Origin: an uncultured Anaerolineales bacterium
Lineage (GTDB): Bacteria > Chloroflexota > Anaerolineae > Anaerolineales > UBA11858
Assembly (NCBI GenBank): GCA_964560795.1
Contig: CAZLNX010000001.1
Coordinates: 227 to 64,226 of the forward strand
Reading direction: 5' to 3'
Length of the DNA: 64,000 nt
Made by a program: the position numbers and the translations under genes
The notes under the pieces: model-generated
Database searches by the model: none
What the model saw: only the letters and a program-made list of their open reading frames with translations
Told to the model about the DNA's origin: nothing
Part shown: piece after piece, positions 54,036-63,647 of the stretch
How positions within the stretch are numbered: the stretch's first letter is position 1
Layout of the letters: each line of letters starts with the position of its first letter

Positions 54036-54986
54036 TCACTCTCTCGAATAGGGCACACCCAGTTTAGCCGGTTGGGCAGAACGAACCCTTGAGAGCGCCA
54101 GCGCCACCAATGCCAGCACGTAGGGCATGACCAAAAAGACTTCATAAGGAACGGCAATCTCAAAGGTTGTCAACGTAACTTGTAAAGCACCCAGGAAGGC
54201 AAAGAGCAGCGTGGCAATCACCATACGAATTGGATTCCAGTTTCCCGCGATGACGACGATAATTGCCAGCCAGCCTCGACCCGCAGTAAGATTCGGCAGA
54301 TAGCGAGAGGTCACAGACATCAGAAATGCGCCGCCAAGGCCTGCCATCATGCCCGCAAACACTGTAGCAGACAGGCGAACCCGATTGACATTAATGCCGC
54401 GTGTATCTACTGCCCGCGGATTTTCACCAGCGCTGCGGATCGTCAGGCCATACTTCGTCCGGCGCAAGAACCAGGCAATCGCAATAACGCTTATGCCGGC
54501 CAAATAGGTATAAGGACTCTGCTGGAATAGGATTTCCCCAATATAGGGAATATCCGCTAAAAGTGGGATATGAAAATCAGGTAGTATCACTACCTGCACC
54601 GATTCCATTTCTGCGTTGAGCATGCGGTGGAAATATTCGCCAACACCGACTGCCAGCAGGTTGATCGAAAGTCCCGAAACAGTCTGGTCTACTTTTAGGT
54701 AGATCACCAGCAAACCCAGCAGCAGGCCCAAAAGGGCGCCGACGATCAAGGCCACGCCTCCACCCATGATCGTAGTGCCGCCAAGGGAGGTAACCAACCA
54801 GACTGCGAAAACACCAAACAGCATCATCCCTTCAAGGCCCATGTTCATAATCCCTGAGCGCTCGGCGACCAGTTCACCCATAGCGCCCAACAGCAACGGT
54901 GTCGAAATGCGGATGGTCGCCGCCAGGACATTAATGATTATGGCTGCCTGTAAAATATCATCTAACATGGGGAATCCTCCGGACAC
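54036..54986 (-). CDS. ABC transporter permease (BMP/nucleoside-type system)
   Basis: 316 aa polytopic protein. The start may be ATG 54968. Overlaps the end of the upstream permease. Confidence 0.8.
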   Translation of the reverse strand: MSGGFPMLDDILQAAIIINVLAATIRISTPLLLGAMGELVAERSGIMNMGLEGMMLFGVFAVWLVTSLGGTTIMGGGVALIVGALLGLLLGLLVIYLKVDQTVSGLSINLLAVGVGEYFHRMLNAEMESVQVVILPDFHIPLLADIPYIGEILFQQSPYTYLAGISVIAIAWFLRRTKYGLTIRSAGENPRAVDTRGINVNRVRLSATVFAGMMAGLGGAFLMSVTSRYLPNLTAGRGWLAIIVVIAGNWNPIRMVIATLLFAFLGALQVTLTTFEIAVPYEVFLVMPYVLALVALALSRVRSAQPAKLGVPYSRE

Positions 54987-56046
54987 GATATTTCATCAAC
55001 GCTCGGCTGACCAGCACTGAGATGAGAACAAGAGCCTGTATTACGAAGGTAATTGAGGAATGTACACCGGTTGAAGTGGCCATAACTACGGATCCGTTGA
55101 TCAAGCCCCCGAAGAATATCGCCGTTATGATCACGAATATTGGGTTTAATTCCGCCAGCATGGCCACAATGATTCCCGTGTAGCCATAGCCGGGTGAAAT
55201 ATCCAAATTGACATTGTGGTGGACCCCAAATAATTCACCCACTCCTGCCAACCCGGCCAGACCACCACTGAGGAACATGGTGATTAGCGTTAATTTTTTG
55301 ACATCGATGCCTTTGAACTGGGTGGCGACAGGATTGGCGCCTAAGGCACGTAAATCAAAACCATAAGGGGTCCTTTTCATTACCCAGTAGATTAGGATCG
55401 CTAGGCCAATGGCGATCAGGAAACCCATATGCAGCCTGGAACCTTCGATCAGCACCGGGTACCAGGCATCCTTGGGGATGATGGCTGAACGCGGATAAAA
55501 GTGGTTAGGGTCCATCCAATATTTATGGTCATAGAGCAGGAATTGCAGCGCGGTGACAATAATGTAATTCAACAACACCGTACTGATGATAATATCGACA
55601 TTGAAACGCGTTCGTAGCCAACCTGCCAGCCATCCCAGCAATGCCCCACCAAAAAATCCGGCTATTACTAGTATTGGTAGAAGTGCAATAGGAAGTAAAA
55701 ATGGGTAAAGTATCTGATATATAGCATACGAAAGCATCGCCCCAGCGAACAACTGACCTTCCTGGCCGATCGACCAGATCTGCGCCCGAAAAGCGATCAC
55801 CGTCGCCAGCGCGGTGAGCAACAAGGGAGATGAGCGCATCAGCGTGTTCAATATCTTTCGTTGCTCGCCAAAAGCGCCGTCGAACATCGCGGTGAAAGAT
55901 TCAATCGGGTCATGGCCAGTCAGGCTGATGACCCACCCAGAGATTGCAATTGCAACCAAGAGACCTACAATCACCACCACAATTTGAATGAGAGGGTGGA
56001 CTTCACGCCTCTTAACTATCTCAATACCCAGAGCTTTTAGCATCAT
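54958..56046 (-). CDS. ABC transporter permease (BMP/nucleoside-type system)
   Basis: 362 aa polytopic protein. There is a 4-nt overlap with the ATPase gene. Confidence 0.8.
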   Translation of the reverse strand: MMLKALGIEIVKRREVHPLIQIVVVIVGLLVAIAISGWVISLTGHDPIESFTAMFDGAFGEQRKILNTLMRSSPLLLTALATVIAFRAQIWSIGQEGQLFAGAMLSYAIYQILYPFLLPIALLPILVIAGFFGGALLGWLAGWLRTRFNVDIIISTVLLNYIIVTALQFLLYDHKYWMDPNHFYPRSAIIPKDAWYPVLIEGSRLHMGFLIAIGLAILIYWVMKRTPYGFDLRALGANPVATQFKGIDVKKLTLITMFLSGGLAGLAGVGELFGVHHNVNLDISPGYGYTGIIVAMLAELNPIFVIITAIFFGGLINGSVVMATSTGVHSSITFVIQALVLISVLVSRALMKYRVRRIPHVR

Positions 56047-57587
56047 GGACCTTCCTTGACTCCGGCCATCAAGAGACCGATCTTATCAATATCTGCATCG
56101 GCAGCGTCAAAAATACCTAGAATCTCGCCCTGGAAAACTACAGCAATGTGATCTGAGAGGGTCAGGATCTCATCCAGGTCTTCTGAAAACAACAGGATAC
56201 CCACTCCTTCACCACGTAACTTAAGAAACTGATTGTGTACGTACTCGATCACACCTACATCCAGCCCACGGGTGGGTTGGCTAGCGATGAGTACTTTCGG
56301 GCTGCTACCGATCTCGCGTGCCAAAACTACCTTTTGCAGGTTTCCGCCTGAAAGATTACCTGTGACGTGATCAATGGAAGGCGCTGCGATTTCATAGTCT
56401 TCTAAACCCTCATTCGCAAATGAACGGATAGCTTTGTTGTTTAACTGCGTTCCCTTGCGGAAAGGTTCATTCCATTCACGGCCCAGAATCATATTTTCGG
56501 CAATGGTGAAATCCATCACCAAGCCTTCCTTGATACGATCGCTGGGCACATGCGCCATGCCCATCGATTGAATGTGTCCGACGCTCTTGCCGGTGATGTT
56601 GTCACCGTTCAACATAACCTGGCCACTCTCTAACTGGCGCATTCCGATCAGCACTTCAAAGAGTTCTTTCTGGCCATTGCCCGCCACACCGGCAACACCG
56701 ACGATTTCACTTTGATGCAAATACAGGTCAATACCACGGACGCATTCCAAGCCAATGTCGTTACAAGCCTGAACACCTTTGATCTCAAGCACCGGTTTTC
56801 CCCGATCGATTTGTTCCCTTTTTACACGGAAGACCACATCGCGCCCGACCATCATGCGCGCCAGCCCAGCCTTGGATACTTCCCATGAGTTAACGGTATC
56901 GATCTTCTTACCTTTTCTCAGCACAGTCACGCGATCTGAAACCTGCACCACCTCATTTAACTTATGGGTGATGAAGATTATTGAGAGATCATCAAAACTC
57001 ATCTTCTTCAAGATCGAAAAAAGACGTTCACTTTCCTGGGGTGTCAGCACGGCAGTTGGCTCATCCATGATCAGCAAATCCACGCCGTCATAGAGCGCCT
57101 TGAGGATTTCCACCCACTGCTGCTCCCCCACGGAAAGCTGCCAAATGAGGGAGTCGGGATCCATATTGACATTGTACTGCTCGCACAGCTCGGTGATGCG
57201 CTCCCGGGCAGCTTTTTCATCGAGGAGCATCCCCGGTGTGTCACGACCCAGCAAGATGTTTTCCAGTACGCTGTGCGTATCCACCAGCATGAAGTGCTGG
57301 TGCACCATGCCGATGCCCAGATCCATGGCTGCCGCAGGAGAGGATATGTCGACTTTCTCCCCTTTCCAATAGATCTCACCAGCATCGGGTGAATAGAAAC
57401 CAAACAGTGATTCAGCCAGTGTGGATTTCCCAGCGCCGTTCTCCCCAAGCAAACAGTGGATTTCTCCTTCGCGCACTTCGAAATCAACCGCGTCGTTAGC
57501 CAACACTAAGGGGAATTGTTTGGTCAGTTTTCTTGTTTCCAGCAATATTGGGCCATGCCCTGTTGGAGTTTCGACCGTACGGTCCAA
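56043..57587 (-). CDS. ABC transporter ATP-binding protein with two ABC domains
   Basis: 514 aa. Walker A GENGAGKST, signature LSVGEQQ, and a second degenerate domain (LSGGNLQK). TTG start preceded by AGGAGG. Confidence 0.9.
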   Translation of the reverse strand: MDRTVETPTGHGPILLETRKLTKQFPLVLANDAVDFEVREGEIHCLLGENGAGKSTLAESLFGFYSPDAGEIYWKGEKVDISSPAAAMDLGIGMVHQHFMLVDTHSVLENILLGRDTPGMLLDEKAARERITELCEQYNVNMDPDSLIWQLSVGEQQWVEILKALYDGVDLLIMDEPTAVLTPQESERLFSILKKMSFDDLSIIFITHKLNEVVQVSDRVTVLRKGKKIDTVNSWEVSKAGLARMMVGRDVVFRVKREQIDRGKPVLEIKGVQACNDIGLECVRGIDLYLHQSEIVGVAGVAGNGQKELFEVLIGMRQLESGQVMLNGDNITGKSVGHIQSMGMAHVPSDRIKEGLVMDFTIAENMILGREWNEPFRKGTQLNNKAIRSFANEGLEDYEIAAPSIDHVTGNLSGGNLQKVVLAREIGSSPKVLIASQPTRGLDVGVIEYVHNQFLKLRGEGVGILLFSEDLDEILTLSDHIAVVFQGEILGIFDAADADIDKIGLLMAGVKEGP

Positions 57588-57605
57588 GGCTTCCTCCTCT
57601 TATTC

Positions 57606-57638
57606 GGGTGTGCCTCTAACAAGTAGAGAGGCACACCC
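57606..57638 (-). promoter_or_regulatory. intercistronic stem-loop between the binding-protein and ATPase genes
   Basis: Perfect 12-bp stem GGGTGTGCCTCT / AGAGGCACACCC with a 9-nt loop. No T-tract follows on the coding strand. Confidence 0.6.
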
Positions 57639-57721
57639 AATTTGAAATTGAAAACCCAAGGTTTTGTTCTTTGATAGCTCAGCGTTTGTCAAAAACCTTT
57701 TAGGTTATCACCTAGTAAGAA

Positions 57722-58864
57722 CTACTCTGATGCGGGCTCCTCGATATTGAGTTCAGGAACAATCGAGCCATCCATGATTCCCGCGATGGTGGCGTTAAAC
57801 TGCTCGAGTACATCAGCAGGCAAGGTCTCTTCAATGCCTTCCCCGAGTTTCACAGTGCAAGCGCCAGTAGCCATGTTGTTCTCGAAGCCATTTCGAATAC
57901 CACCGTTCCATTCACCGGTTGTCTTGTACTTCAGCCACTCCTGCAAGGCCCACTCATAGCCAGGTTCCCAGGTAGCCAGGTAACTGGCCATCACATTGCC
58001 AGGGTATAGTTCACTGAAATCGATATAGGGGCCGTAGCACATCGCGCCAGTACCAGGGCCACATACGTCGAAGTTCTCAGCGGCCATGAAGAGCTGGTCG
58101 GCACCAGCAGCTTTCTGGGCCTCGGCTAACTCGCCGGCAGCAACAGGGTCGTACCAGGAGTTAATGAAGCCAACCTTCTGCTTCAATTCAGGCTTAACCG
58201 ATTTTGCGCCCTCGAAGAAGGAGTTGAGCACATCATTAACATCTTCTGCGGGGAAGCCGGCAGCAGCACCGATAACAGTGCCTTCAGTCACCAAGCCCGC
58301 CAGAACGCCCATGGCGTAGACGCCGTCGTAACAACGGTACATGTAGTGATAGTTGTTTTCGACGCCATCGATCCAACCCGAACCTACCTCAATGAACATC
58401 ACATCTGGATAGTCTGGAGCGACGTTGAGAACGATGTCATTGTAACCGCCGTGCATCCACATGACATCACAGCCACTCTCGGCGTATTCCCGCATGGCAG
58501 CTTCGGCCTCATCTCCCCACAATCCTTCGACGAAGCGCAGCTCGAGCACTTCGATGTCCGCACCGGGGTTCTCAGCAAAGCGCAAGAAACTCTCATGACC
58601 AGAGCGGTCCCAGCCGTTGTCGGTGATGGAGGTCGAGTATATGGTGCAGAACTGCACCTGGGTGGGGGCTTCCATGGCCTCTTCTTCGGCCGGTTCTTCT
58701 ACCACTTCTTCTTCAGCCTCTTCCACTTCCTCGACGGGTTCTTCGGCAACCGCTTCCTCAGCAGCAGGTTCTTCTGCGGCCGGCTCAGGAGCTGGCTTGC
58801 AGGCTGCAAAGAGCATGCCAAAGACCACCAGCAGACTTAATACAAGCATAAATTTTTTAGACAT
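57722..58864 (-). CDS. BMP-family (PnrA/Med-like) ABC substrate-binding lipoprotein
   Basis: Start trimmed to ATG 58864 (MSKKFMLVLSLLVVFGMLFAAC: signal peptide plus lipobox Cys). An E/A/P-rich linker is followed by a periplasmic-binding-protein fold. The family call is tentative. Confidence 0.7.
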   Translation of the reverse strand: MSKKFMLVLSLLVVFGMLFAACKPAPEPAAEEPAAEEAVAEEPVEEVEEAEEEVVEEPAEEEAMEAPTQVQFCTIYSTSITDNGWDRSGHESFLRFAENPGADIEVLELRFVEGLWGDEAEAAMREYAESGCDVMWMHGGYNDIVLNVAPDYPDVMFIEVGSGWIDGVENNYHYMYRCYDGVYAMGVLAGLVTEGTVIGAAAGFPAEDVNDVLNSFFEGAKSVKPELKQKVGFINSWYDPVAAGELAEAQKAAGADQLFMAAENFDVCGPGTGAMCYGPYIDFSELYPGNVMASYLATWEPGYEWALQEWLKYKTTGEWNGGIRNGFENNMATGACTVKLGEGIEETLPADVLEQFNATIAGIMDGSIVPELNIEEPASE

Positions 58865-58985
58865 CTTTACTCTCCTCTTGGTATCAACTTTGTAATTAGT
58901 TTGATTCTGGTAACCAAATCTCATTTACGTTCCATCTTCCTCCTTTCGATCTCAAAAAGATACAACTACAATCAGCCACTCTCCT

Positions 58986-59744
58986 TCATAATATCCGCCG
59001 TATAGTTTCATATTTACTTGCAACTCCAAATAAATGCTCCAGGGAGTGAAATACGGGCTTCCCATCGCTGGTGAATCCTACATCCTCGATGACCAACACA
59101 GGGGTATTCAGTGCATAATCTGAAAACTCTTCTGGCAGATTGCAGCTCTCAACGGTTTGGGGATAAAGGCATGATGTCAAATGATCTATCGGTGTATTAC
59201 ATTTTTGCCTGAAAAATTGAAAGAATGGCTCGGTAATTCCTGGTTGGGTAATTTGATCCTGGGAAAAATAATTTTCGAATACCCAAAGGGGGATATGGTT
59301 GATGATGTAAATGATGGGTTTGTTGTCGGCCGTCCAGATTTTCTTGATCTGCAGAGACTTTCCACCCTTTTCGATCTCCAGCTTTTCGGTGATCCCGGCA
59401 TCCGTATTGACGATATCTGCCCCCAACTGCTCAAAACCCGACTCGAATCCCTGCATGGCAATGCGGTCATCGAAATCGATCATCTGAAAAAGCGGGTTCG
59501 CAATACTGAGCTGCTTGCTGACAAAGGTGCCAATGCCCTGGCGGCGTTGGATCAATTTGCGCTCTTCGAGCTTGGCATAGGCGCTGCGCAGCGTGGCCCT
59601 GCTGACATTGAACTCTTCAATTAACTCATTTTCAGTGGGGAGCTGGCTTCCTGGATGATAGACACCTTCCTTGATCCGATCAATGAGAATTCGCAGCACT
59701 TGATCGGCAAGGGAAGGTTGACGGACCAGTTTTAACTCATCCAT
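58986..59744 (-). CDS. GntR-family transcriptional regulator (HutC-like)
   Basis: Start trimmed to ATG 59744 (MDELKLVRQPSLADQV). Winged helix LPTENELIEEFNVSRATLRSA plus a UTRA-like C-terminal domain. Confidence 0.85.
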   Translation of the reverse strand: MDELKLVRQPSLADQVLRILIDRIKEGVYHPGSQLPTENELIEEFNVSRATLRSAYAKLEERKLIQRRQGIGTFVSKQLSIANPLFQMIDFDDRIAMQGFESGFEQLGADIVNTDAGITEKLEIEKGGKSLQIKKIWTADNKPIIYIINHIPLWVFENYFSQDQITQPGITEPFFQFFRQKCNTPIDHLTSCLYPQTVESCNLPEEFSDYALNTPVLVIEDVGFTSDGKPVFHSLEHLFGVASKYETIRRIL

Positions 59745-59812
59745 GGTACAGGATCCTTTCGGGACACTTTGAAACCAGGTCGAGCACGCGCACGTTGAAA
59801 CATCATTCGTCA

Positions 59813-59839
59813 ATCATCAGTTGGTAGCCATCTGATGAT
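59813..59839. promoter_or_regulatory. inverted repeat ATCATCAG-N11-CTGATGAT (candidate operator)
   Basis: Perfect 8-bp arms. The spacer TTGGTAGCCAT contains the half-palindrome TGG...CCA. Starts 3 nt downstream of the -10 element of the promoter at 59843..59871. Confidence 0.5.
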
Positions 59840-59842
59840 CAA

Positions 59843-59871
59843 ACTATACACGAATACTATTCCCCTGTCAA
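59843..59871 (-). promoter_or_regulatory. near-consensus sigma70-type promoter (TTGACA-17-TATAGT)
   Basis: Coding strand reads TTGACA (59871-59866), 17 nt, TATAGT (59848-59843), about 100 nt upstream of the GntR start at 59744. Confidence 0.6.
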
Positions 59872-60112
59872 TATAAGACAATTGCCCAAAGTACTTACCC
59901 TGGACTATTTATGTGATCGCTCAATTTTTAAGGTACAGATCGAATCCAATTGTATTGATCGACGAATTCCACTCTACAGCAGACTCAATCGTCATGTGAT
60001 CCTAAACCGGCTCAAAAGGCTTGCCGATCGAATGTGCATTGAGCCTATGCGCACAAATCGATACCAACGTAGCAACTATTTCATTTACTTCGATACGAAT
60101 CATTCCTAGTGA

Positions 60113-61546
60113 TTATGCTCCAAGGGTATTGTTCCTGCGCTTGAGAGCCTTTTTCCAGCCGTCATCCATATCCAGGCCCATGCCTGTCAATGCTTCTTTG
60201 ACCTTCAAGTAAGGTTCCAGCCACTCCTGAGTGGGTTCAAGGGTATCCAGATCATACAGTTTCGGGAAAGGTTTTCCTAAATCTGGCTCGGCCAGCTTAT
60301 CCTGGTATTTCTCGAGACAGGTCAAAACCAGCTCATTGACCTCCCTGCGGGGCTTTCCCAATGTGGCATGGGCAACCTCTGCCTGGAAGCGCGCTTCCAA
60401 TCCGCTGGTGTGATCCAGTTCATTGCCACAGGTAGCCCCAATGCCGTGTTGGTGCAGCCCGCACACGGCCCCAATCATGGCGCCAGCGGCGATCTCCCAG
60501 AAAATATCCTCGGTGCCCAAACCCGACCGAGTGTAAAGATCGTTAATGGATACGACGGGAGTATTGCGCGCCAACGCTTGCCCGGCCACAGCCTGCACCC
60601 ACAACCCCAAGGGGTCAGTATTGTGTGACCACTGTAGGGACATATGCCCCATAAAATGGTAGGAAACACCATAGCACAGCACACCCAAAAGGTGACTGGC
60701 CACAGTCACCATGGCCGTGCCCTGGGCACCGCCACCCAGCCCCCCAATCAGCGGCGTCATTAGATCGACGATGTGCATGCCCACGGACTGCATATAGGCC
60801 ACCCTAGAAAGCTGGTCATAATCCGTCTTAAGTTCCGGAAGCTGCGAAACCAACAACCCATCGGAAGGGCGCATACCGTTTTCCGGCATGAACGTAGAAA
60901 TCTTGCCCGCGCAGGTCAGCGGCAAGGCCATATCTTCGATATGCATACCTGGTCGGCCGGCTTTGCGAATGGCTTCTCGAGCCTGAACCGCATCCCGCTG
61001 CGCCGCCATAATCTCTAACGGCGTGCCCGGGATGATCATGTCCCCGTGATATGTAGCTACAGAACCATGCCCTAGACAATCCACCAGGGGTTCTTGGGCG
61101 CAGCTCTGCAGGATCAAGCCGTGGTATGCTTCACTGGTTGGCGTACCCGTGGGTCCGCTGTGCATGCAGCAAGGTTCCATATCCTCCACGCCGCGATGGC
61201 GCTCGATAACGGCATCCTTGCCCGTCCCCAATACCACCGTATTTGGTGCTGCAGCGACAGCGTCTTCAACCTCTTCTCTACTAAATAATATGCGCCGCTG
61301 CGTGGATTGGTTGTAAACGCCCATTTCAAGGAACAGGTCGACGCTGGCCTGGTAAAGGCGGTCGGCCAGATCATCATCACTGGGTACGAGAACCTGCGGA
61401 TCATAGGTCAGCTCATATTCACCCACCAGCTTCATCACAGTTTTCGCCAGGGTCAGATCATATTCTGACTCTTTCATATAGGGTCCATTTTCCGATCGTC
61501 GCACGATATCTGGGAGCCAGTTAGTTTGCATAGTAAGGCCTTTCAA
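60113..61546 (-). CDS. MttB-superfamily methyltransferase paralog 10 (divergent)
   Basis: 477 aa. Blocks RSENGPYMKESEYD, DDDLADRLYQAS, SGLEARFQAEVAHA. The start may be ATG 61531. Confidence 0.8.
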   Translation of the reverse strand: MKGLTMQTNWLPDIVRRSENGPYMKESEYDLTLAKTVMKLVGEYELTYDPQVLVPSDDDLADRLYQASVDLFLEMGVYNQSTQRRILFSREEVEDAVAAAPNTVVLGTGKDAVIERHRGVEDMEPCCMHSGPTGTPTSEAYHGLILQSCAQEPLVDCLGHGSVATYHGDMIIPGTPLEIMAAQRDAVQAREAIRKAGRPGMHIEDMALPLTCAGKISTFMPENGMRPSDGLLVSQLPELKTDYDQLSRVAYMQSVGMHIVDLMTPLIGGLGGGAQGTAMVTVASHLLGVLCYGVSYHFMGHMSLQWSHNTDPLGLWVQAVAGQALARNTPVVSINDLYTRSGLGTEDIFWEIAAGAMIGAVCGLHQHGIGATCGNELDHTSGLEARFQAEVAHATLGKPRREVNELVLTCLEKYQDKLAEPDLGKPFPKLYDLDTLEPTQEWLEPYLKVKEALTGMGLDMDDGWKKALKRRNNTLGA

Positions 61547-61564
61547 GTTCTGATACTACAAATC

Positions 61565-62143
61565 TCAGCTTTCTTGGTCCTGAGCGAGGGCAAGTTTGCG
61601 GCCCAAATCGAAAGCTCGCTGCATTAATTCTGGTTCTTTCTCTGCATCACCAATTTTGTCTGCAGTGCCATGGACGATCTCTTCGAAATCAAACCCGACA
61701 TAGCGGCTGAAGCGGTCTACTGTGTAGATGACGGTATCGCCTCCCGATGAGTAAAGGTCCTCTGCTGCATAGACCATCAGCAGTGCCAGCTGTTTTCCGG
61801 CCAATTCGAAACCATCGGGGAGTTCCATAGCGTACCAGCGATCGATGCACAGCTTGGCCTGGGCAGTAAGACTACACCAATACACTGGGGATGCAATCAC
61901 GATGGCATCGGCGGCGCGCAGCTTCGGATACAGCTGCTGCATATCATCGCTAACCACACAGCCATCTCCATTCTCCTGGCAAAAATCGCAGGCATCACAC
62001 GGTCGGATATCCATGTCATGGAGGTAAACGCTTTCTACAGCTGCGCCAACTTCTTCAGCACCCGCCGTTAGTTGGTTGGCCAGAGTCACTGTATTGCCAT
62101 TTTCACGGGGACTGCCGTTCAAAATCAAGATCGATTTGCTCAT
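61565..62143 (-). CDS. iron-sulfur flavoprotein (Isf-like, NADPH-dependent FMN reductase fold)
   Basis: 192 aa flavodoxin-like fold (ILILNGSPRENGNT) with the compact cysteine motif CDACDFCQENGDGC (C-x2-C-x2-C-x6-C). Confidence 0.75.
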   Translation of the reverse strand: MSKSILILNGSPRENGNTVTLANQLTAGAEEVGAAVESVYLHDMDIRPCDACDFCQENGDGCVVSDDMQQLYPKLRAADAIVIASPVYWCSLTAQAKLCIDRWYAMELPDGFELAGKQLALLMVYAAEDLYSSGGDTVIYTVDRFSRYVGFDFEEIVHGTADKIGDAEKEPELMQRAFDLGRKLALAQDQES

Positions 62144-62215
62144 TAGGTATTCTCCTAGAAATTATTGAGTTAGCAAATTATCAATCAGGCTCAGGAATTG
62201 GTCGCAGCATATCTC

Positions 62216-63640
62216 TTAGACAACTATTTTTAGACCGAATTCTTGATTGACTTCAGCAATGGCATCGATATACATCTGGTTCCACTCCGGGGTTGGATCG
62301 AGCGTCTCAAGGTCGTGCAGTTCCTGGAAGGGTTTACCCACCAGGGCTTTATCTTGTACATCTTTGTAGCGTTCGATCATCCAGGCTACAAGGGGGGCAG
62401 CCTCTGCACGCGACATACCCTGAACAGCATGCGTCAACTTGGCGACAAATAACACCTCCAGAGGCGAAGCATGCGCCGCGCTGACCCCGCATGCCGACTG
62501 GGCTGCATCGGTGTAGGAACACCCCGCCACCGCGCTGGCCACAGCCAGTCCGCCGCACTCGTAGAAGATCTCCTTCGTTCCTGGTCCGGTGGTCGGCCGG
62601 ATGAAAGGAGACGTGAGGAAATTTCCGTGGCGCGCCAGGGCTTGAATACCCAACTGCAGGGCGCGCAGCACATCCGGATAGGTGCTGGTACTGATGTGGA
62701 CATGGGTAGGACCCATGTTATTCAGCGTGCCCTGATAGCAAGCCCGCATGACGATCGAGCCCGAAACGCAGGCCAATGCCACGCCTGCCCCTCCACCAAC
62801 ATAGCCTCCGAACATGGGGTTGAAGTAGGACTCGGAAAAGGCATCGATATGGGCATAATGTGCCGCTTCCGTTAGATGATGGTAAGCCGTTTTCTGCTCA
62901 CTGATGAAATTGATCTTGTGGCAGTCGGTGGGGCGGTAGCCGCCATAGGTTGTACCGGCCAGTTCGCCCACCTCTGTCGTAGCGATCTCCACGCAGCCCA
63001 TAGCCATCCCAGGACGGCCGACGCGTTCGAGGATCTCGAAGGCTAGTTCTTTCTCCTGCCAGGCAGCGATAGCCTCTAAAGGCGACCCGGCGCGGATCTT
63101 GCGGCCACGGGTGGAAAGCAAGGTGCCCATATTGAAGATCTCGATAAGCGGCTCGCGGGCATAGGCTTCGTGGAAGGGGATAAACAGTTCTTCAGAAACC
63201 GGGATGCCAAAGGGGCCGCCGTAAATGACCACATGGCTGTCTTCCTCGGGTCTGCGGCGGACAATGGTAACTTTATCGTCACCAGTGCCAACGGTCACAT
63301 CCGGGGGCATGGCAGCGACGATCTTTTCCAATTCGTCCTTCGACCAGACCATGCGGCGCTTGGTATCGATGCAGTAGACCCCGGTCTTGGCGGCCAGTTC
63401 CATCCCAGCTTCCCAAAGCCGGTCCGCTAAGGCGTCGTCGTTTGTGACAAAGGGATCATCCTTGTCCAGCTTGATATCATATTTTTGAATGGTCTCGCGA
63501 AAGTTTTTCCCGATTACGTCTTTGTCCCAATCCTTCTCGTCCAGGACAGGGCCATTCTCAGCACGGTCCAATGCTGTCAGTAGTAATTCATAATCCATGC
63601 CATTTTTCATAGAATGCTTCCTCTCGTAATTTGTTCGCAT
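62216..63640 (-). CDS. MttB-superfamily methyltransferase paralog 11 (subfamily B)
   Basis: 474 aa. Blocks RAENGPVLDEKDWD, NDDALADRLWEAG, TDCHKINFISEQKTAY, SPLEVLFVAKLTHA. The start is probably ATG 63610 or 63598. Confidence 0.85.
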   Translation of the reverse strand: MRTNYERKHSMKNGMDYELLLTALDRAENGPVLDEKDWDKDVIGKNFRETIQKYDIKLDKDDPFVTNDDALADRLWEAGMELAAKTGVYCIDTKRRMVWSKDELEKIVAAMPPDVTVGTGDDKVTIVRRRPEEDSHVVIYGGPFGIPVSEELFIPFHEAYAREPLIEIFNMGTLLSTRGRKIRAGSPLEAIAAWQEKELAFEILERVGRPGMAMGCVEIATTEVGELAGTTYGGYRPTDCHKINFISEQKTAYHHLTEAAHYAHIDAFSESYFNPMFGGYVGGGAGVALACVSGSIVMRACYQGTLNNMGPTHVHISTSTYPDVLRALQLGIQALARHGNFLTSPFIRPTTGPGTKEIFYECGGLAVASAVAGCSYTDAAQSACGVSAAHASPLEVLFVAKLTHAVQGMSRAEAAPLVAWMIERYKDVQDKALVGKPFQELHDLETLDPTPEWNQMYIDAIAEVNQEFGLKIVV

Positions 63641-63647
63641 TACATTG

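Noticed and set aside
59882-60109. 75-aa plus-strand ORF in the spacer upstream of the GntR promoter
   Set aside because: There is no ribosome-binding site and no recognisable family. It is oriented against all neighbours and its composition reflects the CGAAT/CGATA word content of the spacer.
16911-63640. Possible pyrrolysine (in-frame TAG) recoding in the MttB-family genes
   Set aside because: All eleven complete paralogs are single uninterrupted ORFs of normal length with no internal TAG. No pylT or pylSBCD-like genes are visible in the window. They are therefore non-Pyl members.
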